Positions 20,864-30,051 of a DNA stretch of 45,483 nucleotides are shown one piece after another (the first letter of the stretch is position 1; each line of letters starts with the position of its first letter). The position numbers were made by a program, and so were the translations under genes. The notes under the pieces were generated by a model that was not told the origin of the DNA, searched no databases, and saw only the letters and a program-made list of their open reading frames with translations. The stretch lies in assembly GCA_044233345.1 (NCBI GenBank), contig JBIIKD010000001.1:1-45483 (forward strand), given 5' to 3'. This stretch comes from Chlamydiia bacterium (GTDB lineage: Bacteria > Chlamydiota > Chlamydiia > Chlamydiales > 2-12-FULL-49-11).

Positions 20864-20915
20864 AAACCCAATTGGCTGCCTAATTCATCTCCAGGCCTCA
20901 TCGAGGGAGATCTAT
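20864..20915 (+). repeat. partial copy (one end) of the MITE found at 28095-28401
   Basis: AAACCCAATTGGCTGCCTAATTCATCTCCAGGCCTCATCGAGG.AGAT matches the reverse complement of the right end of the 28-kb element over ~45 bp. Confidence 0.55.
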
Positions 20916-21560
20916 CTGGCAATAAGCGTAGTGACCGATACAGGGTATCAAGGCCTCCAAAAGATTCACTCTTCGATTTAACTTGATCGCTGGGATTTAC
21001 AATTTGGAGTCGGCAAGATGAGTTTCAAAAAAAGTTTATTAAGGGAGACTTCTCTTTTGAAATAGCAATTTCCACAACCTGATTTTTTTTTGCATTTAAA
21101 AAAAACATTATATTTTACTTTAATTATATAAACATCGATAATATAAAAAAATATTGTGATTGCAAATTATTGAAAAAGAGGTTTCTGGTGACCCTAAAAA
21201 ATGGATATGCCATGAATCTGTATAACAATACATTTATGAATTTCCTTGAGGAAAAGTTTTTTGTAGTATTTCTTAGATTAAAAAGGAAACTCAGGAAAGA
21301 CCGATCATATGTTCATTCTCGAATGTGGGAAATTCCTGATGGTGTAGCTATTTCAGAAAGACCTAAAGATGAGGGAATCAAAATACGAACGGTCTTATAA
21401 CGCAGTATTTTTCTAAGAAAACAGATTTTAGTAAGGTTACTCTATAAGAAATAAAATTTCCACAAAACCAATTAAATGAAAGGCCTAGAAAATTTTTAGA
21501 CTGGGGTTTTCCTAAAAACACCTTTAAAAAACCAGTTTATATAATAAAAATTTAATTCAG

Positions 21561-22847
21561 GTGATATCAATGACTATAAACTTATATAGATGCCAAAACC
21601 TAGGGATGCAAATCTCGAATCAAGGTCCTTGGTTTCCCCGTTTGAGTAAAGATTATATGGAAAATCAAACAGGCCTCAAAAGAGCAGCAGTTTGTGCCTA
21701 TGACAAAATTTATCGAGCAGCGGCTGCAGTAGATCATTATCTCAAGGAACCAACTCTCTTTGCTGTAAGGTTTGTTGGAAATAATATACAGAATATATGC
21801 AGTCCTTTATTTGACAAAATCGCGCCAGTTAATCCGATTAATGGCAAGCGGCATTTAGTCGTAAATCGCTCGGCAGAAAAATTTTTCGGCGATTATCTCT
21901 TTTATCCTCTAGCCACACTCAGAATGAGAAGTGCTCATATTCCCCTAGCAGCTAAGGTTCAGGAAGTTCTTGAAAAACTAAAAAAAGAGAATGATTCCCT
22001 GCTAAATCCTTCTGATACTAACGCACAATTTAATTACCGTGTCATGACCGTTTATTCCTCTCAGCTCAATGCTTTTGCTGTTCCTGGCGGGGGGATGGTA
22101 GTGTATAGTCAACTTGTCGAGGAACTCGACAATGCAATTAAGAGTGGTGAGTTTAACGAAACGACCATACGTTTTGCAGATGGTTCAACAGCAACAGTAG
22201 ATCTTTCTGAGGTCAAACTGGAAGATGCTCTTGCCGCTTTGCTCGGTCATGAAATGACCCATGCAGCATCTCGCCATGGTGTTACTGTTTTGTTACAAAA
22301 GTTATTCCACATGATTGCCTCAAGCATTTGCCGAATTGGTGCTTTAGCTTATCTCAAAACTGGGGACGAAGAGTACCAAAAACTCTTAAAAATCGAGAAC
22401 CCAACGCCTGAACAGATAAAGCTCTTACAAAAGAAAGAGAGGGAATATCTTTTCTTGACGGATATATTAGATTGGCTGCTCAAAAAAACGGAAACCTTAT
22501 TTTATTTATTTACATCCAGAACAAATGAATACGAAGCAGATATTACAGGACTCTACTTTGCTAAACAAGCAGGATATAATAGTTTAGGAGGGCTACTACT
22601 TCAGTCCGTTCTTAAAGATTCGAATATCTACCAAGAATTTTTTCATCGCAATTTTGAATTTCTCTATACGCACCCTTGTTCGGAAAAACGATTACGTGGT
22701 TTGTTTGCAGCTATTGGTGAAATGGATATGGCACATCTCAGGAAACATACCAAAAAATTCAATGTTGCTGAGAGTTGGTATGATATGAAAGGCTCTTCTG
22801 ATGAAATCAAATATCCTTCCCAAATTAAGCAAAATTTTTCTTCCTAA
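21561..22847 (+). CDS. M48-family zinc metallopeptidase (BepA/YcaL-like)
   Basis: Motifs NAFAVPGGGMVVYSQL, HEMTHAASRH (HExxH) and downstream NEYEADITG (third Glu ligand, ExxAD) are seen in the translation. N-terminal start is uncertain. Confidence 0.6.
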   Translation: MISMTINLYRCQNLGMQISNQGPWFPRLSKDYMENQTGLKRAAVCAYDKIYRAAAAVDHYLKEPTLFAVRFVGNNIQNICSPLFDKIAPVNPINGKRHLVVNRSAEKFFGDYLFYPLATLRMRSAHIPLAAKVQEVLEKLKKENDSLLNPSDTNAQFNYRVMTVYSSQLNAFAVPGGGMVVYSQLVEELDNAIKSGEFNETTIRFADGSTATVDLSEVKLEDALAALLGHEMTHAASRHGVTVLLQKLFHMIASSICRIGALAYLKTGDEEYQKLLKIENPTPEQIKLLQKKEREYLFLTDILDWLLKKTETLFYLFTSRTNEYEADITGLYFAKQAGYNSLGGLLLQSVLKDSNIYQEFFHRNFEFLYTHPCSEKRLRGLFAAIGEMDMAHLRKHTKKFNVAESWYDMKGSSDEIKYPSQIKQNFSS

Positions 22848-22870
22848 AAATCTTTAAGAAAAATACAAAG

Positions 22871-22909
22871 ACAAGATCACCTTGCTTCCATAAATCAAGT
22901 TGATCTTGT
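22871..22909 (+). terminator. hairpin 24 nt downstream of the M48 gene
   Basis: Perfect 9-bp arms ACAAGATCA/TGATCTTGT with an inner 4-bp CTTG/CAAG extension. Weak U tract. Confidence 0.3.
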
Positions 22910-23091
22910 TATGATTTAATCGACGGTTAGAATAGAACCAAAATTAAAAAATTTGTAAATTATTAATTGGGAAAAAGAATCGATCCTGTGATAAGGAGTT
23001 TAAGCTAAATACAGTCTATATATATAATCATTTTTTACAAAGAGCATCTTATAAAAAGTGTTTGTAAAAAAACATCCAAATGTTTGAAATT

Positions 23092-23211
23092 ATGTTACGT
23101 ATAAAAAGGGCTGGTGTGGTGGATTCGTCTGCCGCACCTTTTTATTTTATGAAGAGAATGACAAAATCAGGTAGAATAATAGCTCATTTAGATTTAGGAG
23201 AACGAAGTTGA
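23092..23211 (+). promoter_or_regulatory. candidate leader-peptide attenuator upstream of the ABC-F gene
   Basis: 39-codon uORF (MLRIKRAGVVDSSAAPFYF...) whose stop TGA overlaps the TTG start of the ABC-F gene. Inside it sits GGTGTGG-N12-CCGCACC followed by TTTTTATTTT (23113-23148), an intrinsic-terminator-like structure. Confidence 0.3.
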
Positions 23212-24803
23212 TTGTTATTAATGATTTGAGCTACCAGCACGGAGATAGAGTCCTTTTTATGGGGGCAACCCTAAATTTGTCTAGCCGCCATCGCTACGCG
23301 ATTGTAGGCGCTAATGGGTGTGGAAAGTCAACCTTGCTTAAATTAGTTGCAGGGGATGTAACTCCCGATTTGGGCGAAATTATCCTTTCTAAGGGATCGC
23401 AAATCGGGTGGCTTAGACAAGATCAGTTCAAATATGAGGATGATCCTATTGTCGATGTGGTATTGATGGGGCGACAAGAGCTTTGGAAGTGGATGCAAAA
23501 GAAGAATGAGCTTTTGGAGTCAGAAGAATGGAGTGATGAAATTGGCCATGAAGTGGCAAAAGTTGAAGAGAAAATTGAGCACTTAGGGGGATATGCAGCC
23601 GAGGCAGAAGCAGAAAAACTTCTCATGGGACTTGGTATTGGCGTAAAATACCACAGTAAATCGCTTAAGACCCTTTCAGGGGGATTTAAATTGCGGGTGC
23701 TTTTAGCTCGTACTCTTTTTTCAAACCCGAATATTTTGCTTCTTGATGAACCAACAAACTACCTAGACATCGTTTCAATTGCATGGCTTGAAAGATACCT
23801 TAAATTTGATTTTTCTGGACTTCTCCTTTTTGTTAGCCATGATCGGGAATTTTTAAATCGTCTTTCTACTTGCGTTTTAGATATCGACTATGGAGAGATA
23901 CGGGAATATCCAGGCACATATGAGTCCTTTTTGGAGAAAAAGAAAGAGACGGTAGAAAAAATATTGCAAGAAAAAGCCCATATAGAAAGACGAGTTGCAG
24001 ATATTCAAACTTTTATTAACAAGTTTAAGTATAAAGCAACAAAGGCAAAGCAGTGCGCATCTCGTGAAAAAATGATCGACAAAATTGAGTGGCCCGATGT
24101 GAAGAAGAGCTCTAGAGTAGCACCTAAATTTCGTTTTCGAAAGAAGCGTCCCTCTGGGCAAACTGTTCTTCAAACAAAAGGGATCACAAAGGGATATGAA
24201 GATAAAATTGTTCTCTTTGATGTATCTTTCCGAATAGAGCGGGGAGAAAAAATCGCTATTATTGGTCCTAATGGAATTGGTAAATCTACACTTTTAAAGA
24301 TCCTTACCGAAAATTTGCAGGCAGATGAAGGCGCTTTTCAGTGGGGGTTTGAAACTCATGTTTCTTATTTTGCTCAAGAAGCTTCAGAGCTGCAAAAAAT
24401 GCCTTTACGAATCACTGATTGGTTAAAAGAGGCCACATCTGCCTCTGATCAAGAAGTGCGGGACGTTCTTGGCAGAATGCTTTTTTCTAATGATGATGCA
24501 AAAAAAACACTCAATATTTTAAGTGGTGGAGAGATAGCTCGCGTTGTGTTTGCTCGGATACTCATTGAACAGGGAAACGTCCTTCTTCTTGATGAGCCAA
24601 CAAACCACTTGGACATTGAATCGATCGAGGCTCTTTCAAATGCACTTAAGGAATATGAAGGGACCCTTCTTTTTGTAAGTCATGACCGCGCCTTTATTGC
24701 AGACCTCGCCGATCGAATTATTTTGATCACGCAAGAGGGAGTGCAAAACTTCCAAGGGACATTCGATGAATGTAAGGAAAAGTTAAACCTTCCTACGAGT
24801 TAA
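23208..24803 (+). CDS. ABC-F family ATPase (two ABC domains, no TM domain; EttA/YbiT-like)
   Basis: Two Walker A motifs (GANGCGKST, GPNGIGKST) and two LSGG signature motifs. 531 aa. TTG start with an AGGAG RBS. Confidence 0.88.
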   Translation: MIVINDLSYQHGDRVLFMGATLNLSSRHRYAIVGANGCGKSTLLKLVAGDVTPDLGEIILSKGSQIGWLRQDQFKYEDDPIVDVVLMGRQELWKWMQKKNELLESEEWSDEIGHEVAKVEEKIEHLGGYAAEAEAEKLLMGLGIGVKYHSKSLKTLSGGFKLRVLLARTLFSNPNILLLDEPTNYLDIVSIAWLERYLKFDFSGLLLFVSHDREFLNRLSTCVLDIDYGEIREYPGTYESFLEKKKETVEKILQEKAHIERRVADIQTFINKFKYKATKAKQCASREKMIDKIEWPDVKKSSRVAPKFRFRKKRPSGQTVLQTKGITKGYEDKIVLFDVSFRIERGEKIAIIGPNGIGKSTLLKILTENLQADEGAFQWGFETHVSYFAQEASELQKMPLRITDWLKEATSASDQEVRDVLGRMLFSNDDAKKTLNILSGGEIARVVFARILIEQGNVLLLDEPTNHLDIESIEALSNALKEYEGTLLFVSHDRAFIADLADRIILITQEGVQNFQGTFDECKEKLNLPTS

Positions 24804-26388
24804 TCCTTGCAATTTTTTGAATTTCTTCTGGATCTAAATTAAAAAGAATTACATCAACCCCTTTACTATTGAGTTCTCTTAATAGTTCAGGGGAAATGGT
24901 TATAAATGCATTATCCGCTATATTCAAGCTTTTTAAATGAGATAATGAGCTGAAATTTGTAGATATTTCATCAATTTCATTTTCTGAGCAGTTAAAATTT
25001 ATTAATCGATTGCAGTTTGTGAGTGATTTTGGAAGTTCCTCTAGAGCATTTTGGGAAATGTCTAACCACTCTAGTTGAGAGAGATTTCCTAAATTTGAAG
25101 GAAGTATGTAGAGATTGTTTTGCCTAAGCCAAAGTTCCTTTAAAGAGGTCATTTCACAAATCCTTTCATGAATTTGGGTAAGTTGATTGTGCTCCAAATT
25201 AAGAGAGCGCAGATCTTTTAAAGAAAGAAAGGCTGTCGGGTGTATTTCAGTAAGTTGATTGTAGGAAAGATCAAGAGAGTGTAATTCTGTAATAAAAGCT
25301 TCGTGGGAAAAAATGTGCGGTAAACAAGATAGGTTTAGTCCGCTCAGATCTAAACTATTTCCGTCGCTATCATTAATAAATTCCATAATGCGTAGCCATG
25401 CCATAAATCGGTTTTCTCCAGGGGCATCTTCTAAAGCCCAGCTATCGAGATTTGATATTGGATCTTCGAGCTGAATAAGATGGAGATTTTGTAGATCGTT
25501 AACTGACTTAGGGATCCCTTCCTTTTGTAGTTCGTTGCCGAATAGGGATAGTGTTTTTAAGCGTTCAACAAATACAACTCCGTTAAAAATATCGGGTAGA
25601 GAACGTAAGTGTAAATTGTTTAGATCTAATGTTAAGAGGGTTTTGTTTTCTATAAAATTAAGAATTCGATTTTTTGCCTCTTCTCGATTTTCTGTAGAGG
25701 AGCCTTCCATTGCCCAGGCATCTAATAAAGAGTATTCTAACTTAGGTTTTACACATATTATCGGAAGATCATCAGAAACTTCAATTTTAATAATTTGAAG
25801 AGCACTTAAGGATTTACTAGATATTTTAGAAAGGGCAGAAAGGGAAACCCCATTGATTTCTTGTAAGCATTGTAAATTTTCTAGTGAAGAAGGGAAGGAA
25901 GCGATTAGATTTCCATCTAAATTTAGAGTTTGTAATCTTGTTGTAAAAGCGCTATGTAAAAAAACATCAGGTAATGTAGTTAAATCAAAATCACGTAAAT
26001 CAAGAGTCGTTTCAGAAGGACTTTTGATAAATTCCTCAATCGCTAAAGCGGCAAGTCTTCTTTGTCCTTTGTTGGAGTATCCATCTTCAGTTTCAATCCA
26101 CGATGTTAATAAATGATCGATAGATTCCTCTCCGGAGGAAGAAAGTACAGTCCACTCTGATAAATGAATAGAGTCTGTAGATGCAAAATCTAATTGAATT
26201 GAGGGTGTTGAGGGGCTAACAGGTGAAGAAGGGGGAGTTTGAGTTGTTAATGCTCTTTTGAATGGAGCGGTTACTGCGTTTGCTATATCAGAAAATCGGT
26301 CCCAAAAAGAGGGCGTGGATGTTTGGGGGGCTTCTCTATTTTGGTTAAAATCGTTTATTGGTCTTCGTGAATAAAAAGCGGAATCCAT
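24793..26388 (-). CDS. leucine-rich repeat protein, T3SS-effector-like (IpaH/SspH-type LRR caps, no NEL domain)
   Basis: Pro/Ser-rich N terminus. Three ~70-aa modules each begin W..E...ENR..A..RI..FI....LDL..L.L..LP, followed by LxxLxLxxNxL repeats (LDLSYNQLTEI, LNLEHNQLTQI, LDISQNALEEL). Confidence 0.8.
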   Translation of the reverse strand: MDSAFYSRRPINDFNQNREAPQTSTPSFWDRFSDIANAVTAPFKRALTTQTPPSSPVSPSTPSIQLDFASTDSIHLSEWTVLSSSGEESIDHLLTSWIETEDGYSNKGQRRLAALAIEEFIKSPSETTLDLRDFDLTTLPDVFLHSAFTTRLQTLNLDGNLIASFPSSLENLQCLQEINGVSLSALSKISSKSLSALQIIKIEVSDDLPIICVKPKLEYSLLDAWAMEGSSTENREEAKNRILNFIENKTLLTLDLNNLHLRSLPDIFNGVVFVERLKTLSLFGNELQKEGIPKSVNDLQNLHLIQLEDPISNLDSWALEDAPGENRFMAWLRIMEFINDSDGNSLDLSGLNLSCLPHIFSHEAFITELHSLDLSYNQLTEIHPTAFLSLKDLRSLNLEHNQLTQIHERICEMTSLKELWLRQNNLYILPSNLGNLSQLEWLDISQNALEELPKSLTNCNRLINFNCSENEIDEISTNFSSLSHLKSLNIADNAFITISPELLRELNSKGVDVILFNLDPEEIQKIARINS

Positions 26389-26693
26389 AATAACTCACAA
26401 TTTAAAATAAATGTTTAATAAATAATAACATAATTAAAATTATAATTAAAGCGCATTTTTTGATTAATTAGCATGCAATAAATAATTAAGTTAAACTTAA
26501 GTCTTTAGTTTTAATGCATTTATGGAATAAAAAAATGTGCGCACCTTTAGTTTTTTTTATAAAATTTTTTTTATTTGATCGGGCTTTTTATTATAAACAA
26601 ACATTTGTTTATTACATGTAGATATTAAATTATTGATATTAACTTTGAATGCATGTACTATTTTCTTTTAATTATGTTCTTAGGAGAGTAATA

Positions 26694-28094
26694 GTGAAGA
26701 AGGCGCTCGCGAAATGTTTAATTCTATTAGTTGGTTTTTTTCAGCTCTTTTATATTCAAGGAGCTTTTGGTGGTTATCAAGAAAATAGTTCTGAGAAATT
26801 AGACCTCCCAAGTCAATTTCTTTGGGGAACAGCGGTTTCTGAGTTTCAAGTATCAGGTGCAGAAAATTGCCCAAACGCTCAGTGGGCTAATTGGGAATCT
26901 AAAGGAAGCCCTTATATTAAAACAGGAGATAGGACTGGTAAATCTGCAGACCATTGGAATCGATATAGAGAAGATATTCAAATAATGAAGGATATGGGGG
27001 TTAATTCATTCCGGTTTTCTATAGAATGGAGCGCTATTGAGCCTGAAGAGGGGGTGATTAATGAAGCTGCGTTGGATCATTATATGGACGTTTTTGATGC
27101 CTTAGATGAAGCGCAAATCACACCAATGGTTACTTTATATCATTTTACGCATCCAAAATGGTTTGAAGATTTAGGTGCCTTCGAAAAAGAGAAAAACATC
27201 GAATATTTCACTCGATTTTGTAAGCTTATTTTTCAAAGATTTGGAGATAGAGCTCCTCTTTGGTGCACAATGAACGAACCTAGCGTTATTGTTTTAGAAG
27301 GATATATGCTCGGAGAATTTCCTCCCGGAAAGAAAGATTATGCCCTGGCTGGAGAAGTTTATCGTAATTTGCTTTTTGCTCATTGTATGGTATACGAGGC
27401 CTTAAAGGCGATGCCTGGTGGAAAAGAGGCGCAAATAGGAATTGTTCATGCTTATTTAAAACTAAAGCCTTATCATACATGGAATCTAATTGAGTCTTAT
27501 CCTTGTTATTACATGAATGAAAATCTCAATAATGCAATGATGCGATTTCTAAAAACGGGCGTTTTTAACTTTTATTTTCCTTTTATGGTCGATATTTCGA
27601 CCCAATTTGTTGGTGCTCAAGAGATGTATGACTTTATTGGTCTTAACTACTACTCAAGCCCTTTAATTACGCTTCAGTTTTCTTTTTCCGATCCCCTTGT
27701 AAGCACTTGTTTTGAAGGTGAGATGATGACTGATATGCCTTATAGAAGTTATCCAAAAGGATTTTATGATGCTTTGGTGGATTGTAATTCTCTTCGTAAG
27801 CCAATCTATGTCACAGAAAATGGAATTGCGGATGCTAGAGATGATCGACGTAGTGATTTTATTGGAAGCTATCTTTCTGCTATGAATCAGGCAGTTAGAG
27901 ATGGGTGTGATGTAAGGGGATATTTTTATTGGTCCTTTATTGATAATTTTGAATGGGCAGAAGGATGGAAGATGAGATTTGGCCTTTATGAATTTGATCC
28001 TGTGACAAAGGAAAGAAAGTTAAAGGAAGGGGCAAAAACCTATCAAAATAAGATAAGAGAGGCTAAGCAACTTTCTTATGCACCTCGAGATTAA
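26694..28094 (+). CDS. glycoside hydrolase family 1 beta-glucosidase, secreted (signal peptide)
   Basis: GH1 catalytic motifs TMNEPS (acid/base) and YVTENGIAD (nucleophile), plus the FLWG.A.S.FQ N-terminal motif. GTG start at 26694, preceded by AGGAGA, gives the signal peptide VKKALAKCLILLVGFFQLFYIQGAFG. Confidence 0.8.
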   Translation: MKKALAKCLILLVGFFQLFYIQGAFGGYQENSSEKLDLPSQFLWGTAVSEFQVSGAENCPNAQWANWESKGSPYIKTGDRTGKSADHWNRYREDIQIMKDMGVNSFRFSIEWSAIEPEEGVINEAALDHYMDVFDALDEAQITPMVTLYHFTHPKWFEDLGAFEKEKNIEYFTRFCKLIFQRFGDRAPLWCTMNEPSVIVLEGYMLGEFPPGKKDYALAGEVYRNLLFAHCMVYEALKAMPGGKEAQIGIVHAYLKLKPYHTWNLIESYPCYYMNENLNNAMMRFLKTGVFNFYFPFMVDISTQFVGAQEMYDFIGLNYYSSPLITLQFSFSDPLVSTCFEGEMMTDMPYRSYPKGFYDALVDCNSLRKPIYVTENGIADARDDRRSDFIGSYLSAMNQAVRDGCDVRGYFYWSFIDNFEWAEGWKMRFGLYEFDPVTKERKLKEGAKTYQNKIREAKQLSYAPRD

Positions 28095-28401
28095 AACCCA
28101 ATTGGCTACCTATTCGCTCTAATCGCGTGAGCGAAACAAGAAAGATACGAGCTGAGCTTTGAAGCGAAGGGTATTTTCCTTTGGCGAAAAGCAAAGCGAG
28201 GTAGGTTGCTTGTTGCAGCCAGCGATTAGAGAGCAAGATCTGGAATAAACCGATGAACTGTATAATCTAAAAGTATCAGAATAAGCGGTCTTTGAATAAT
28301 TGGCTCTCATCAAGGGGGAATACCCTTGGCTTCGCTTCAATTATTCAAATCCCATCTGCCTCGATGACGTCTGGAGATGAAATAGGTAGCCAATTGGGTT
28401 T
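28095..28401 (+). mobile_element. MITE-like non-autonomous element (~307 bp) with 21/22-bp terminal inverted repeats
   Basis: Left end AAACCCAATTGGCTACCTATTC; right end is its reverse complement AAATAGGTAGCCAATTGGGTTT. Additional internal inverted repeats. No ORF. Partial copies at 20864 and 42996. Flanked by TTAA/TAAA. Confidence 0.7.
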
Positions 28402-28507
28402 AAAGGTTTGATTTTTCGCACAAAGACTGGGAAAAACTCTAAATTTTGAATCGCTTTCTATATATATTTGTTGTTTTTTAATTATCCCATTAATTACTAA
28501 ATAATTA

Positions 28508-29872
28508 ATGGGATTGTCAAAATTAAAAAATCTTTTTCGCCTTTTTTATATAAAAAAAACACCGACTAAATCCCAAGAACAGGGTGTAAAAAAAGAAGAT
28601 TTTTTTTGTAATTTTCTTTGGGGATCGGCAGTTTCTGAATTTCAGGTATCGGGAGCAGAAAATTGCCCCCATTCTCAGTGGAGTGATTGGGAGTCAAGGG
28701 GAGTGCCCTATATTAAAAATGGTGATCGGAGTGAAAAATCGGTTGATCACTGGAATCTTTATAGAGAAGATATTCAAGAAATGAAGAAATTAGGGCTTAA
28801 TTCCTTTCGATTTTCGATAGAATGGAGCTCTATTGAGCCTAAAGAGGGTTGCTTTGATGAAACTGCTATAGACCATTATAAAGATGTTTTTGATGCTTTA
28901 GATGAATTTGAAATGACACCAATGGTTACCTTATATCATTTTACTCATCCGAAATGGTTTGAAGATTTAGGTGCTTTTGAAAAAAAAGAAAATATTGAAT
29001 ATTTTATTCGATTTTCTAAGTTTGTGTTTGAGCGATTCGGAAATAGAGCGCCTCTTTGGTGTACTATTAATGAGCCCTCTTCGATTGTTTTAATGGGATA
29101 TATAAGAGGGGAATTTCCTCCTGGCAAAAAAAAATTAGCCCTTGCAGGAGAGGTGTATAAACATCTTCTGGAGGGCCACTGTAGGCTATATGCGGCTTTA
29201 AAAGAGCTTCCTTTTGGAAAAGAAGCTAAAATAGGACTCGTTCATGGATATTTAAAGTTAGAGCCTTACCACTCATGGAATCCTATAGAAAGTATCCCTT
29301 GTTATTATATGACCAGAAATCTTCATGGAACAATGATGGAATTTCTTAGGAATGGAGTTTTTAACTATTACTTTCCCTTTAAGGCGAATGTTTTTGCCCG
29401 ATTTATTGGAGCTAAAGATATGTATGATTTCGTTGGGCTCAATTATTACACAAGAGCTGTGATTTCTATGCAGTGGTCTCTTTCAGAGCCTCTTATAGGT
29501 ACATGTTTTAAAAATGAAGTGATGACTGATATGCCTTATGGTATTTATCCAAAAGGGCTTTACGATGCACTATTGGATTGTAATACGTTAGGGAAACCAA
29601 TCTATATTACAGAAAATGGGATTGCAGATGCTGCAGATGATCGGCGTGATCGTTTTATCATTGAGCATATTTCTGCTATGAATCAGGCGATGCTAGATGG
29701 ATGTGATGTAAGAGGATATTTTTATTGGTCCTTTATCGATAGTTTTGAATGGAATAATGGAAAAGAAATGAAATTTGGTCTCTATGAATTTGATCCTACA
29801 ACAAAAGAAAGAAGACTAAAGAAGGGGGCTAAAATTTATCAAAACATTATAGAAGAAACAAAACAATATTGA
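28508..29872 (+). CDS. glycoside hydrolase family 1 beta-glucosidase paralog (no signal peptide)
   Basis: TINEPS and YITENGIAD motifs. About two-thirds to three-quarters aa identity to the upstream paralog by eye. Confidence 0.8.
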   Translation: MGLSKLKNLFRLFYIKKTPTKSQEQGVKKEDFFCNFLWGSAVSEFQVSGAENCPHSQWSDWESRGVPYIKNGDRSEKSVDHWNLYREDIQEMKKLGLNSFRFSIEWSSIEPKEGCFDETAIDHYKDVFDALDEFEMTPMVTLYHFTHPKWFEDLGAFEKKENIEYFIRFSKFVFERFGNRAPLWCTINEPSSIVLMGYIRGEFPPGKKKLALAGEVYKHLLEGHCRLYAALKELPFGKEAKIGLVHGYLKLEPYHSWNPIESIPCYYMTRNLHGTMMEFLRNGVFNYYFPFKANVFARFIGAKDMYDFVGLNYYTRAVISMQWSLSEPLIGTCFKNEVMTDMPYGIYPKGLYDALLDCNTLGKPIYITENGIADAADDRRDRFIIEHISAMNQAMLDGCDVRGYFYWSFIDSFEWNNGKEMKFGLYEFDPTTKERRLKKGAKIYQNIIEETKQY

Positions 29873-30051
29873 TCTATTTTTTTTATTGGGTATAACAAAG
29901 ACATGATAGCTATTTTGTTTGGAACGCAAGTTTTTTCTACGATTTTCATCCTTTGTGGTTTAAAGAAAACGGCCCTCTTTTTTTCTTCGCTTTCTTTTTT
30001 GATTATTTTGGCGATTTTTATAAAGTTTGTTTCTATTAATGGATTTTAAAA

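Noticed and set aside
25535-26116. Two 87-aa plus-strand ORFs
   Set aside because: They are embedded antisense within the 531-aa LRR gene. No independent support.
26389-26693. Extremely AT-rich 300-bp spacer considered as a possible ncRNA or origin
   Set aside because: It has no conserved boxes, DnaA-box clusters or stable structure. It is most simply a divergent promoter region for the LRR and GH1 genes.
28119-28340. 73-aa minus-strand ORF
   Set aside because: It lies entirely inside the MITE. It has no RBS or motifs, and MITEs are non-coding.
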